NCBI GenBank assembly: GCA_000165425.1
Contig: CT868019.1
Coordinates: 496,001-560,000 of the forward strand
Source: Paramecium tetraurelia
Lineage: Eukaryota
Direction of reading: 5' to 3'
Length of the DNA stretch: 64,000 nucleotides
Part shown: piece by piece, positions 1 to 13,513 of the stretch
How positions within the stretch are numbered: position 1 is the stretch's first letter
How the letters are laid out: every line of letters starts with the position of its first letter
Notes under the pieces: generated by a model
What the model was told of the DNA's origin: nothing
Databases searched by the model: none
The model's input: only the letters and a program-made list of their open reading frames with translations
Made by a program: the position numbers and the translations under genes

Positions 1-1062
1 AGGGACAGAGTCCGTAGTATATCCGAATTAGATGATGACTTAAAATTAAATGTGATTAGAGAGTTCGATGAGAAGAGTTACATTTCTTAAATTAATTTTG
101 AAAGAAGTCCTCAAAGTGATTTGAAATCTGTCATTGAACAAAGAATGGAACAGTCCCAAAACCATTATTTCAATGAGGCTCAATTGGATGACGTAACTAT
201 ACTCCTTAATTTTAGGCATACTATGTAATTCAATAGGCTAAGGCTGAGATTTAGAACAATCAACAATTAGAAGTTTGGTTCTAAGAAGTCTATGGAGATT
301 TCATTGATATGATACAAGACAAATATGTCACCATGTAGCATAATCTCAATGAGTTAGATTCAGATGGATGGGTCATTGAAAAAAACACTAAATAATTAGT
401 AATCAAATATAAAATTGACTCCAAAAATTCAACAGTAACTCTTTTTATGGATTCAGTCTTCGAAGCCAACATCACTAAATTAATGGCTTTAATCAATGAA
501 ATTGAACTCTATCAAAATTATGTACCTTTTTGTGTCAGATCATCCATGCCTAAAAGGATCGGAAAATGTTGCAAGATTTGTGATATTCAAGTCTACTTTC
601 CCTTGATCTCAGATAGGAAAGCTGTCTTTGTTGGAGAAGGCATCGATAGACTCAACATTAACGGAACCATTGTTTTTTTATGTAAATCTGTTGATAATAA
701 TCCTGAATTTCTTAAATTACATAATGTAGATTTATCAAAGGATAAAGGAAAGTTTGTAAACTTGATACTTAATTATTATGTTTTTGAACTCACACCACTT
801 AGTGATAATAAATGTAGAGTAAGGGCTGTTACTAATTCAGATCCTTAATGTAGATACGTTCCAAAAGCCTTGGTAGCACTTGTAGCTAGAAAAGTAATTA
901 TAATGTATATCTTAGATGGCAAGCACCTTGTTTGAAAAAATGTAAAAGATTACCTAGAATTTCGCCAAAAGCCCCTGGTATCCAAAATATCTTGAAAATT
1001 AAGAATTTTATAATTGGATTGACAATAAAGTAACCAACCACTTTTCTAAACAATAAAATTGA
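1..1062 (+). CDS. START/SRPBCC-type lipid-binding domain protein, 5'-truncated by window edge
   Basis: Code-6 frame includes MDSVFEANITKLMALINEIELYQNYVPFC..VYFPLISDRKAVFVGEG (START-like pattern). Micro-introns at 193-215 and 894-915; ends ..HFSKQQN-TGA at 1060-1062. Confidence 0.7.
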
Positions 1063-1459
1063 TTAATTCTCTTTATTTATATAATAATTATTAATTATTT
1101 TGTAATTTTATTAAGATTGTGATTTGGTAATTCATCTATTCCTTAAGGATCTAAGAATTGATATTATTATTATTAAAAAATAATCAAAATATGATATGAT
1201 ATGATGAAACTCTTTTATTCAACATAAATTATCAAAGCTAGATATTAAAATATTAACTGCCCCTCTTAGAAACGGATACAAATCTCCAGAAAACAAGAAA
1301 TAAAGACCATTGTCCTAAAGAATTCAGAACATTTATTTAAAAAATATAAGTGAAAATTAAATTTATTTAATTCAATTTCAATTTAATGTTGTTCTAAAAT
1401 TTTAGAAAAAAGTAGGAATTTGAGATCATAATTAATTTTTGAATAACTTAAAATATTTA

Positions 1460-4400
1460 TCAAATTAAAGTGTCTACTTTAGTTTTATTTCTTTTGTAAC
1501 AGTAGTATCCTGTTCCCAATATTAGACAGCCTCCCAATATACCCAAAGTAACCCAAACTCCTGTATGGCCACTAGTAGTAGTATTATCGTGATCGTCATC
1601 ATTACCACCAGGGCCTCTAATAGTTATGGGTATTGAATCCATTGAGAAATCGTTTCTAACTACAATATTGCCCATTGATATATCAAATTTTCCGTCAAGC
1701 AATAGTTTTGGAGATGGATTAATCTTATACAAAGATAATTATTCAATATGTTCTGAATTGGTAATGTAATACAACTAATTATAAATATATAATAGTACTT
1801 AGTTTTCGTATGAGTACAATTCCTGTTAAACCTAATACGATCCAAAATAGAATGTTGGTTTTAAGGCTGCAAAAAAGGTTACTGCTGAATTGGTAGATTA
1901 AACCTTAGGTAATTAATAGATTGCCTAGACCAATCTCATTTAGGCAGAATCTGTGTATGAAACTTATATGAAATTATTAACAATTCTAACTGTTGAGAAT
2001 ATGTATCCCAAGATTGAGAATGATCCATAGCCTTACAAAACAAAAACAATCTTTTTTTATATCAAATTGCATTAATCAGTAGAACAAGAAAACTCTATGT
2101 GTATTCCATAATGAGGACCTTAGGTGCCAAATAGAATAAAATCTGCTTTGTATGATACATCAGTAGTCACAACATTAATTGTTTTGATGCAAGAGTAAAT
2201 AGTATCTTTAGGCACAAAGAAGTCTTGATTGAGAAAATCGTATAAATCGAAAGTAATTTTGTTGGTTCTCTAAATTTGATTCTGTTTTATGCTATATTCA
2301 AGTACAATTAATGCATAATTGTGATCAGTGCAATATACGTGATAGTGATTCTTCTTAATTTTTTAAATAGTTAATCCATACTAGAAATTATCCAAATCTG
2401 TAACACTTACTTTACCGTAATTTTAAGCTTTGGATAAGTCTAGAATATTTTTGGAGTATGCCAAGATCTCCTGTTTTTAAATAATAAAGATATTTTCAGT
2501 ATCTATGTATCCTGATATGATGTCACCATTAATTTATAGCCAAGAACTACCTATTTTACAATTGGTATTCTCACATTGTATTCCACCAACATACTATAAT
2601 TTATCTTTAACACATTAAATCAAGACCTAGGAATCAAAACTTGCTATGACATCTCCACATGAATAATCTGCAGTTATTTTTTCAGTGACTACAACTTCAT
2701 TTGTCTTTTTACTAATTAGAACATAGGAGTCATGTTTCAGAACAAAAATATAGTTTGTACTGAAATCAATTGCATTCATAGAATTATTTAGATAATATGG
2801 TTTTACAACTTCAAAAGGATTTATAATTTCTGCTTTTCTGTCTTTGAATTGAGGTATCATCAATTCAAATTAGGCTACCTCACCGGAATACCAATCAGTA
2901 CCCATATCTTAAATATAATTGTGTTCCTGATTGGATGTTAAATTAGTTTTTATGTTTAATTTATCCTTCTTAATTTTTACGCTAAGTTAATTGTTAACCA
3001 ATCTGAACTTTCGATTAACCAATAACAGTTATTCATTTGAGTAGACTATAGTGTAATCTTAATCTTAAATGAAAGTATTGTCATCAAAAATAACTGAATA
3101 TTACAATTAAGGATATCTTTATATGTAATATATCCAAACATTTTCTTTATTAAATTAGAATACGTTATCCTAAGTTGCTGTCACAAATTAATTGGCTTTG
3201 TCCCAATCTTGGACACAATATAATGAATTGTGATCAGTCAACTCAACAACATACGATAAGATAACAGATTTGAATTCAGATTTTGCTTTGACATGCAGCA
3301 AATTATTGTATGGCGCCCAAAAGAAGGATTCAATACTTTCAATCTGGTAGTTATAAAAGGATGGAGTTTTCTCTAGATAGATATTTGTAGGATCTTATCG
3401 ATTGTAAACTTGGAACGTAAATTTTCCTTAAGCTTACTATTAAAGTATAGCGAATCGCTCAAAAAAATTGATAACACGAATATCTTATGATTATGAAATG
3501 GCCATTTCGTATCCAAAAGAGAAATCTGTTCTAGTTAAATTCAAGATCAGAAGTTAATTCTATTCTTATCCATTAACGACAAACAAAAGTTAGCTGAAAT
3601 CAGTTGAAAACAATTTTTAAGGATCCCAGTTGAGAAATCCGAATTAGCTCAATTTTTCAGAATTAATAATGTAAAGAAAATCAACAATCTGATAATTATA
3701 CACTCCAATAGCTTTTGCTGCTTTTGAAAATATTAGTAAATATTAATAACTCAAATAAATGCTGTCTATAGATTTGATTTAGTCATCATCTTTTAGGGTA
3801 ATAGTTTTGTTGATATAATTGTTTGACAAAAATTTATAATGGAACAATGTTTTCTCATTTAATATAGTGATGAATGTAAATTAATAATTCTGATATTGGA
3901 TAACAGTATTTTCCTTAGTAATTTCAAAATTCAACTTAGTCTTATACTACTATTGGCATATCTCAGCCTAAAGATTGTTACAAAAATAAATTGTCAACTC
4001 TTTTTCCTTATTCTAAGTGATTATCGAAAAAGGTTAATCAAAAGATTATGCCATAGAAATAGTTTAAAGGAAGATTAAGTCGGTTAAACTCAAATTTTTA
4101 TTTGTATACTTTTCTGAGAAGTCTCCAGTAACGGCGATATATGTAAGATTTCCACCTCCAAGTGCATTTTCTTTAGTTTTCTTTTAAAAACTGATTTTTT
4201 ATTTAGGGCCAGAAACTAATTATCTAGGACGGGTAAGGGAATCATATGCAAATATTTGTTCTGTATAAAATGGAGAATCTTTAATATTTCCCTTTGATAC
4301 TAGTTACAAATCTACAGAGTTGATTGAAACTGTCTAATATTCTATAGTGACTTAACATGCATTTAGAATTAGTTTTGCATTTCCAGTTATACCTTGATCA

Positions 4401-5641
4401 TTATTGTGATACTAGATCTAATATTTAGAGCGACTTAAATAATGTCTAACATTTGCATTGGTGAAGACTAACAAATCATTTTAAATCTAATCTGTCATTA
4501 CATTGCTGAAATCTCCTTATACAATCTAAATTATCTATAAATATTTATCAAATGCTATTATTTGAGTGGGGGAAGTTAAAAATATAAAATTATTGCTGTA
4601 ATGAATTTTCGAATTTGATAAGTCATCTGTTGAAACATAAGTTCTATAGCTTTGTATGATAGAGTGTTTTTATACGATTGCAAATTCGTTATTATTGAAT
4701 TAATAATCAAACGATATAGATTCTCCTAAGAGACGTCCCTATTGACTAAATTGGAACGTATCATTAGAAGGGTAGTATTTGAGTAAAAAAACATTTCCAG
4801 TCTTGTCTAAAATAGCAATTTAATCAGCTGGACTAATTTTGGCATCAACCATATCAAAGGAATATTAGGTAATATTCACATATTTTTGAATTAACTCTTA
4901 GTTAATTGTCTTTTGGAGTTTTATGTCTTTGTTCGCTAAATCATAAGTAAACAATTCAATAATTGCAGGATTATTATTAGTTTTCAAAGTAATTCTATAT
5001 ATATAGTTCTAAGTGCTTACAATGTATCTTTATTAATTTTTTTCATAAGGATACACATTTTATATTAATTATTTTTAATCATCCTTTTCGCTAATCAAAT
5101 AAAAATATGTTTATGGCTCTTCACCATTAACCTAATAGCAATCTGTTATTAGATGAGATATATCTAAAATAGTTGAAGATTGGCAAATAATTTAGTCAGT
5201 CTTTCCAAGTAAAACTGTTTTATCAAAGGTTGGGTATCTCTATTAAGTACCTGCAACAATTTTTTCTGTCCATGCCAAAACTTATTCATCTTGATTTCTG
5301 ATAGCTAATAGTTAAAATTTATTAATCCACTAACCTTGATTGGTAGTCAAAACTGAGTATGATAACAATTTATTCACTAAAACATTTAAGTTTGATATTA
5401 TACCATTAGGAATCGTTTCTTTTGTAGCTTTTAAGTTAATCGGCGGTACCAAAGTAACCTTGCTATTCTAGTCAGTTAAGGTGACGATGTCGTTGTATTT
5501 CACTTAACTAAAATACTCCGATATATCCTATACAATTATTTCATTCTCCTTTCCGACTATCTTCGTGTAATCACTTGGGAATAATGAGCAATCTTTGGCT
5601 ATGCTCTTAAGAATACAACTCAATAATGTGATGTAAATCAT
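1460..5641 (-). CDS. Large (~1,390 aa) type I membrane protein: signal peptide, beta-rich ectodomain, one C-terminal TM helix, short basic tail
   Basis: Starts MIYITLLSVILKSIAKDCSLFP; ends ..TGVWVTLGILGGCLILGTGYYCYKRNKTKVDTLI-TGA. Coding-like on the minus strand with TAR=Gln; internal micro-introns not fully resolved. Confidence 0.75.
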
Positions 5642-6552
5642 TTTAGATTTAAAATTCAATATAATTAACTATATCACAAAAGAACTTATATATCACTTTA
5701 AATCTATATTTACGTTGTATATAGAGTTATTAAATACTACTTTTGCTTAATCTATATAGAAAATTAAAATTTTTATTATATAACCTTGAAATTTGTATTT
5801 GTATTTCTATTTCCAAATTATAGTCACAAATTAAAAATAATTACATTAAACCGAAGTAGAAACGATCGTGGTTCTCATCATTAATCCAAAAAAGTAAAGT
5901 AGTCATGATGGTAGGAGATCTTCAAAATTAATTCTTCTAAATTAGGCTCTTATTTATATATAAATATGAATTACATTATCTAAAAAGCTAAGTAATCTTA
6001 AACGAATCACAAACATAATTCAAAATTTGATAATGATATAATCTGATAAATCAATTTTGACCCCTAATCTAGTGGGTAAAAAACCATTAAGAAATGTCTA
6101 AAAAATGTAAGAAGTCAAGAAATTTGTATTCTTTTAATTAAAATCGTGATTCAATTATTTAGAGCATTTAAAATACAATCTGTTTAGTTTTATATCTAAA
6201 ATGTGTGAAATCTTACATAATTGATATACTACTTTAAGCAATTAATAATTTTGTATAAGATATAATGCAATCAAAGAGCTTATTATTTTCAGAGATGAGA
6301 AGACTGGAACTAATTGGTTAAATAAACTATAAATCTTAATAATTTAGTAATATTTTTGTGATTCATATATTCTTCAATTTATATTTTAAAAATTAGCTAT
6401 TATTTATTATTTAACTCTCATTTATGATCTAATCGTTTTCTGTATATATTATAAGACTTTTTTGAAAATGAACTTCAAGTATTTTATTTCATTTTCTCAT
6501 AAAATTCTATATAAATTTGTATAAATGTTAATGTGTCTAAATAAATAATTTT

Positions 6553-7318
6553 ATGAATATTGAGAAATTCGTTTTTGTAAATGTTATTTTAAATTAAGCC
6601 TTTGATTTTCTTAGTATAGACGACCTTATATTCACTGCGTAAAAAATTTCTTTGTAGAATAAGCAAATTTTAATGTTAAACAACGGATTGGTCAAGATGA
6701 GATCATTTCTCATTTGTTGAAAAATAAATCAACTAATGAGCAGATTTGTTAATCCATCAAAAAGACATTTCTTAAGATATAAAGATCCTAGAATAAATGA
6801 ACAAATAAAAAATCAGTATCTGAAATAAATTTATTAAATTAATGATTAAGTCAAAGTAATAAAAGCTATTAGAATTGATGTGAATCTTTTAAGAATAGAG
6901 AAAACTCAATAACGAAAATATACCAAAATTAAGTGGAACTGTATCCATATACATCTTAAAAGTTATTTTAGCCATTCGTCTACCAAAAATGTTATTAAGT
7001 GGGAATTCAAACCAATTTCTTAAATTTTATAAATGGTGTACACAAAAAGTGTAATCTCTAAGCTTATGCATTCTAATAATATATAATAATAGCTATTTCA
7101 TTCATCTCTAATGCTCTTACAAATTTAACCGAATGTGGAATACTTTGTAGGTTTTAGATTAAAAGGGACTGGACAATCAACTATATTGATAGAGGATCAA
7201 AACTGAGCCAACCCATGGAAAATAAAAACTTGGAATTAAAATCCTTCCACTATCCTAGAGTATCTAATATTAATAGATTTAGAGTTTTAAATCCTTTGAA
7301 TTTACAGAATATCATTGA
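6553..7318 (+). pseudogene. Probable degenerate gene with an F-box-like start
   Basis: MNIEKFVFVNVILNQAFDFLSIDDLIFTAQKISL.. followed by an in-frame TGA near 6718. Protein-like stretches continue in different frames and I found no micro-intron that repairs them. Confidence 0.3.
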
Positions 7319-7365
7319 TAAGAAGCTTTCATTGAAATTTGATTAATTATTTTTTGTTGTAAAAA

Positions 7366-8067
7366 ATGGATTATAAGACAGAATAAAGATAAAAACTATT
7401 TAGAATTTCTAATCCTGCTCAGAAAGCCCAAACTTTAGTACCAAGACAGTTAAGAGATGACAGTTTAAAACCATAGCAATAACAATAAATGTAAAAAATA
7501 GTTGTTAGTGATGATTAATTGAGAAAGGTTATTATAGATCATCATTAATGATTAGTAAAATGAGTAACTAAAATCTGAGCTGACGGCAACTAAGGAATAA
7601 TATAAAATTTTACAAGAGGATTATAAAAAATTATAATCCAAATATCAAAATCTATAATCATAGATGAGAGGACCACATTAAGAGATGCTGATGGCTCAAG
7701 AAATGTAAAGGCATTTAAGACATTACTAATACTATGAATTTATTTAAGAAGCAATGATGCCTCAACAGTAATTCTAGACAGATGGAATGACTTATGAATA
7801 AATATTAGAATTATAAGAGTAAATTGGGCACGTTTCAAAAGGTCTTACCAAATAGGAAATCAAAAAAATTCCAAAGAGATAGGTCAACCAAAAATAAAAA
7901 GACCCGTAATATTACTTTAATTTTTTAGATGTACTATTTGTTACAACGATATCGAAAAATTTGATAAAATCAGAGAATTAAAGTGTAGACATTAGTACCA
8001 TTCTAAATGCATTAAAAAATGGCTACTTTCTTAAAAGAAATGTCCCATCTGTTAAACAGAAGTATGA
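7366..8067 (+). CDS. RING-H2 E3 ubiquitin ligase (coiled coil plus C-terminal RING)
   Basis: DGMTYEQILELQEQIGHVSKGLTKQEIKKIP precedes CTICYNDIENFDKIRELKCRHQYHSKCIKKWLLSQKKCPICQTEV-TGA; two micro-introns (~7528-7555, ~7906-7928). Confidence 0.85.
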
Positions 8068-8211
8068 TTTAAAAATAAATAATATCTTATTGCTATTTAT
8101 TCTAGATGGTCTTTCAATGCATTATTTTTCAAGTGTTCAGTTCTAATTATCTTGAGTAAAGTAATAAATATTAAATAAATTTAAATGCTTAAAGCCAATA
8201 ATATATTATAT

Positions 8212-10209
8212 TCATTATTGATAAGATTATTTTTTAACACATAAAAATCCATTGTTGTTTTTATTTCTAACTGTGGTTGATTGTTCAGCATTCTCTTTTG
8301 AGATTAACTTTTGATTTTTTAATTTTTGTTAACTATTCAATTTTAAGACCTAACTATATATAGATTCACTAGGATGGCTACATAATTCTTTAAGAATTCT
8401 ATCTTTTAAAGTGTCTTCATTTGCAACATGTTAACTAGGTTATGAAGTATATTGTTAAGAATTAATGTTAGCCATGATGAACTACCTTTTACCCTCTATT
8501 TAATCAAAAGAAGGCTATTTTGCTTGTTTGGAATTGGATCTCCTATTTTAATGGTTATCAATTTTTAAATTTAATTATTAATTATTTCTCGATTAAGGTT
8601 CTTAGTGAAGTGGAGTTAATGATTTTTGGTTAGGCAAAGAATCATAATTGGTTTTGGAAAATTCTTTTTAACTTTTTTGTTCAAATAAATTATTGTTCAC
8701 TTAAGGGTACTAGTATTAAGCTTAGATATAATAAAATAGTTTTACATCTTTGACTAGCATGATTAGTAATGAGCTTAAAGGTTTGAGGACCTGAAGTAGT
8801 CATATTTTTCTAATGTTTAGGTGTTAATTATTATCCATCTTCAAAACTTTTCCTATCTGTATCCTTATTATTTTTTTACATGTACAACTAGCTTAAATTA
8901 TTTATTAACTGCTAATTATTTTATTCATTAATTTTATCAAATTCAGAAGAGGTTTTTTATTTTTCGTTTTTTTAGACATAATATTTTTCATTAATTTCCA
9001 ATTATTTGTTTAAGCATTTTTATGAATTCAATTATTCTCCAACACTAATATTATGTTTATAGCTTTCTCTTTCATTTGGAGTAATTAAAGGATTATTTTT
9101 TTGATTGTAAGTTGTTTATTGCCAGCTCTCGGGTGTATTTGTTCTACTTTCTCTTCTGGAGTTTTATATGGTGGATGTTGGATTCGAATAAGTATTTGAT
9201 TTCGATTTCTACATTTATGATTACTATTATTGCTATTACAGAATTCTAATTGGAGATTGTGTATGATCCTTGATTGGATTAGAATAGGTACTCTAATATA
9301 TATCTTCTCCCTCTAACATCTCAAACACTTTCATATCTACAGGAGAATTATTAGTATTCTATCTGATCTTTGGACTATTTTCCAACTTGATTTATAAAGA
9401 ACGACTATCTGAGGTCGATGAATCATCACTCTTTAATAATAACAGATTGTAACACATTTTATTCATATCTGCCAAAATCTGACTTTGTTCAAATTTAATA
9501 GGTTTGGCTTAAAATTCCTAAGTGCATTCAGACAATTATTCTTTTGTCTGAAGAACTCTCTTTTCATATCGACTCATGATGTCTTCAAAAGGTTTCATAT
9601 CCATTTTCTTAACAATGTTGTCATGATTTTTTTCGATATCTATCTAGAATTACTTTATTTGTGCATCAATCTACTTAATTTAAGTAGCTTTTAATTGAAT
9701 AGAGTTTAGTAACATATGATGATCATTTTGGAACTTCTATAAGTAAGTTTATTTTAATTAATTTGCAGTCTAAATAACAGAATCAAAGAATTATTAACAA
9801 CTTTCCTGATGTTCCTGAAGTTATTTACTTGATATTGCCTCTATGTTATTAAATTCCTAGGATTTATATATGCATTATTCCATTATTTGTTACAATAGTT
9901 CTTAAAAGCGATGTATCCGTTGCTATCTCAGAACTTCATGCTAATTCTCTTATGTCTCCTCAATTTTTAATCCTTTCAAAGCTAAAGTTAATGCGCATTT
10001 AGAACAAAATTATTTAGTTTTATCACATTATACATAGTATTTTGCCTAAGTTAATTTATAACATTTACTTTTTTATTTGGATGCTTGGCACATTAGTTAT
10101 TACTTTGTTCTTTCTGTTTAAATATGTTTGAACTCTTTAAAATTCTCTCTTATTCTGTTAAAACAAACGATGTTTCTTCTGAATCTGAAGATGAAATTGA
10201 TCCACTCAT
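8212..10209 (-). CDS. B-box-like zinc finger, coiled coil and low-complexity tail protein
   Basis: MSGSISSSDSEETSF..CAKHPNKK/AKYYVQCDKTKQFCSKCALTL after removing a 23-nt intron; Q/N/S-rich C-terminus ending ..GFLCVKKQSYQQ-TGA. Confidence 0.65.
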
Positions 10210-10249
10210 TATCGGTTAAAAATTATTAAAAAATAATAAAAGAAATTTC

Positions 10250-11572
10250 ATGAAGCCATCCTCTAATGCTTCTCAATAAGCAAATCAGTGGGCTTTGAAA
10301 AAGAAGGAGCAAATGGAAAAGGCTGCTCAGATGAGAGCAGAACGAAAATTAGCTGCAACTGGAGAAATGGCTTTGGGTAATAAACCAAATTATGGTACTT
10401 ATATTGAGTATCCAAAGATTACGACAAACCTCCAAGCTAGAATTCTTAAAAACAATATTATTAACCTGATTTAGGTAATAATAACGTACGATAACAACAA
10501 TATGGGCAGTAGTAATTTTAAATGAATGATATTGGTTTTCAAAATGTTTAGCCTAACCGGCAATCATCCTTAGGAAAGCAACAACCCTAACCCTCTTATG
10601 ATAAGTATGGATATAATTAAAACAATTAATTTTCAAATAATAAACCGCCTAGTTAGGAAGGATAAAGAAAAGTTCAATAGGGTGTTTAAGCTAAGCCTTA
10701 AATGAATTAAGCCTAACAGAGTAGATAATAATATGGTAAAATTGAGGATGACTATGATTATTAAAATAGATAATATGGACAACCTAAACAATAATAATAA
10801 TAATAACAATATAATGCAAAACAGCCTCCACCAGTTTAAAAACAATAATAATACAGACCACCATCAGGTACTTATGATTAATCTAATGGATATAATAAAC
10901 CTTCAAATTAATCAATTAAACCGCCTGTTCAATCAAATAAACAACCGGCAAACAATAAATAATAAAGTAATCTTAGAACTAATTAATAACCCACTTACCA
11001 ACCATAATAATAGTACTACAATCCAATCGATGACATTCCAATTAAAAAAAGTGATAATATTCCTAATATAAATATTCAAAATCCTGAACCATTATATGAA
11101 TGTTCAAAGGGTTGTGGCAGATCTTTTGCAAAACTTGCTTTATAAAAACATGAAAAGATTTGTGTGAAAGTATTCCAAAAATAAAGAAAACAATTTGATG
11201 CATAGAAACACAGAATTATTAGTAATGAACAAATAAGTCATATTAAAAACTAAGATAAGATTGAATAAAAATATGAAAAAGCCTTAGGTTTATATTTATT
11301 CTATAATTTTAGCTAAGAAACAAAACTGGAAAAATCAATCCGAAGCCTTTAGAGCTGCCATTATTGCTGCAAAAGGTGGAAAGCTGACTAAAGATCAAAA
11401 GGTTTGAAATTTAATAATAATATAGAATGCAATGTAAGAGGCTAGCAAATCAAATTTAGTCTAATGCAACTATTGTGGAAGAAGCTTCAATTAATAAGCA
11501 GCCGAAAGACACATTCCTTTTTGTGCTTAAAAATCAAAGATTCCTCCCAAACAACCATAAAAAAGGAGATGA
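10250..11572 (+). CDS. C2HC-type zinc finger protein (ZC2HC1/zf-C2HC_2-like) with Q/N-rich linker
   Basis: Two fingers: CSKGCGRSFAKLALQKHEKIC and CNYCGRSFNQQAAERHIPFC; micro-introns near 11288-11312 and 11402-11426. Confidence 0.8.
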
Positions 11573-11618
11573 CCATTAATAATTCATTAAGATTTATATA
11601 TAAACGATTAATTATTTA

Positions 11619-13304
11619 TCATTACAAATTCTCTAATAATGCAAGAAATTCATTCTCTTCAATTAAACCATCCTTATTGTCATCACAAGAGGTTAAAATT
11701 TCTTACCAAGCATTATTATCAATTTAAATTCCACCAAATATCTCCTGTATTTCTGATCTGGAAATAGTACCATTACCATCCAAATCAAAAAGCCTAAATG
11801 CAGCTCTCAGACTTTCTTTCAATATTCGTTTCTCTTACATAACTGAAGCAGTAATAAATTCAGTAAAATCGATTTTTCCAGAATCATTAGTATCCATTTG
11901 ACTCATAATCTCTTTTATCATGTTTTAGGAAGTTATTTAATTTATATTGACCATGAGCATTCCTTGAAGTATTTCTTCTTCAGATAGTACACCATCTCCA
12001 TTATTGTCAAGTCTTTTAAAAGCCTCTAAGCATTTTTCGCATTCTTCTTTTTTAAGTGTTTATATTGTAATAAATTGGTAGATCGCCACTCTTAAATTAT
12101 TATAGCCTTTAAATTAAGTGATATTTCTGAAAAAGGTTTAGTCAAAATTTAAACTCTTCTAAGATTACATTTAAATCCAACTATGACTCATTGCCTCCTT
12201 CATAGAAATTCTTTTGTTTGGATCTTTTTCAATCATGAGTTTAATCAAATCAAGAGCATCCTGGCTTATCCTTTAAATAATTTATGCTTTTTAATGCTTT
12301 ATTCATATAGTACCATTAAATTCAATTTTCGCTTATTAAGCTAGTTGCAAAGTTTCATATCGGTTTTTTCCTCTAAACGGAGCCTTTCCGATTAATAATA
12401 TATAAAGAATCACACCACATGACCAAACATCCACTTTCTCATCGTATCCATTGGATCTTAGAATTTCAGGGGCTAAATAATAAGGAGTGCCAATTTTAGT
12501 TGTGAGCTTTTTGGACATCATCTTTTCACTTGCTCCGAAGTCAATAACTCTCAAATTCGAATTGATGTCTAAAGTATCAAATAATATGTTTTCAGGCTGA
12601 CAAATATCATATTTATCATACTTTAAGGTCTCTATGGACAATCTTTCTTTCATGGCAATATATCATGGCAGACAATATTTATTTCATATATGTTTTTGCT
12701 ATTTCTTCTGAATAATTAGTTATTGTTCTGACCCTGTCTAAGAGTTCCCCTCCATCTAAGCATTCAGTGATTATATAGAAATGTTGGTTATCACTGAAGA
12801 GTTCAAGAATTTTCACTATATTTGGATGATCTAAGGTTTTTAGTATTTCAGTTTCTCGGAATAATAGAGATTCATTCTCGATTGATTATCTGATAACAAC
12901 CTTTGCAGCCCTTATCAATTTGGTTTTTAAATGCCTAACTTAATACACTTCTCCAAAGCCTCCTTGGCCTAATTTCTTTATTATTTCATAATGGAATAGA
13001 AATTTCTCGCCATCATTCTATTTTCTGATCAATAAATTAGGAGATAATTGTAGATCTGATTGATATTTTATTTGAGGATTTGAACAATAAGAACCAGAGT
13101 TACTTTCAGGGCTCTCCTAATTTAAGGCCCTAACTTCATTTTAAATTATTTTTAGTTATTCAGAAGTTGCTTATTTTTATACATTCTCCTCTTGGATTGC
13201 TTAATCAATAATTCCATCCACCTATTTAATAGTATCCTAAGCTAAAATTATGAGATGTCAATACCTTAATTGTCAACTTAAGACTTATAAATACAATTTC
13301 CCAT
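11619..13304 (-). CDS. Calcium-dependent protein kinase (CDPK) with N-terminal MGNC acylation motif and four EF hands
   Basis: MGNCIYKS start; LGQGGFGEVY, HRDLK/PEN (25-nt intron 12597-12621), DFG, GTPYYLAPE, DVWSCG; EF loops DNNGDG, DTNDSG, DLDGNG, DDNKDG; TGA at 11619-11621. Confidence 0.93.
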
Positions 13305-13513
13305 TAAGAATTTACTAAAATTGCGTAATAATATATTTTTATGGTTATGAATAAATTTATAAAATATTGGGTTTTTTAAGTTGAAATCTTCTTAAAGATT
13401 CTTAGAATCAATTTTCTATAATGTTTTAAATTTATATACACTATGTTTATGGAATATAAATGCAATTGATATTTTCGAACAAAATAAATCATTTAAATCA
13501 ATAATTAATTGTT

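Noticed and set aside
5905..6030. Short plus-strand ORF MMVGDLQNQFF..
   Set aside because: Only about 41 codons with no motif; expected by chance under a single-stop code.
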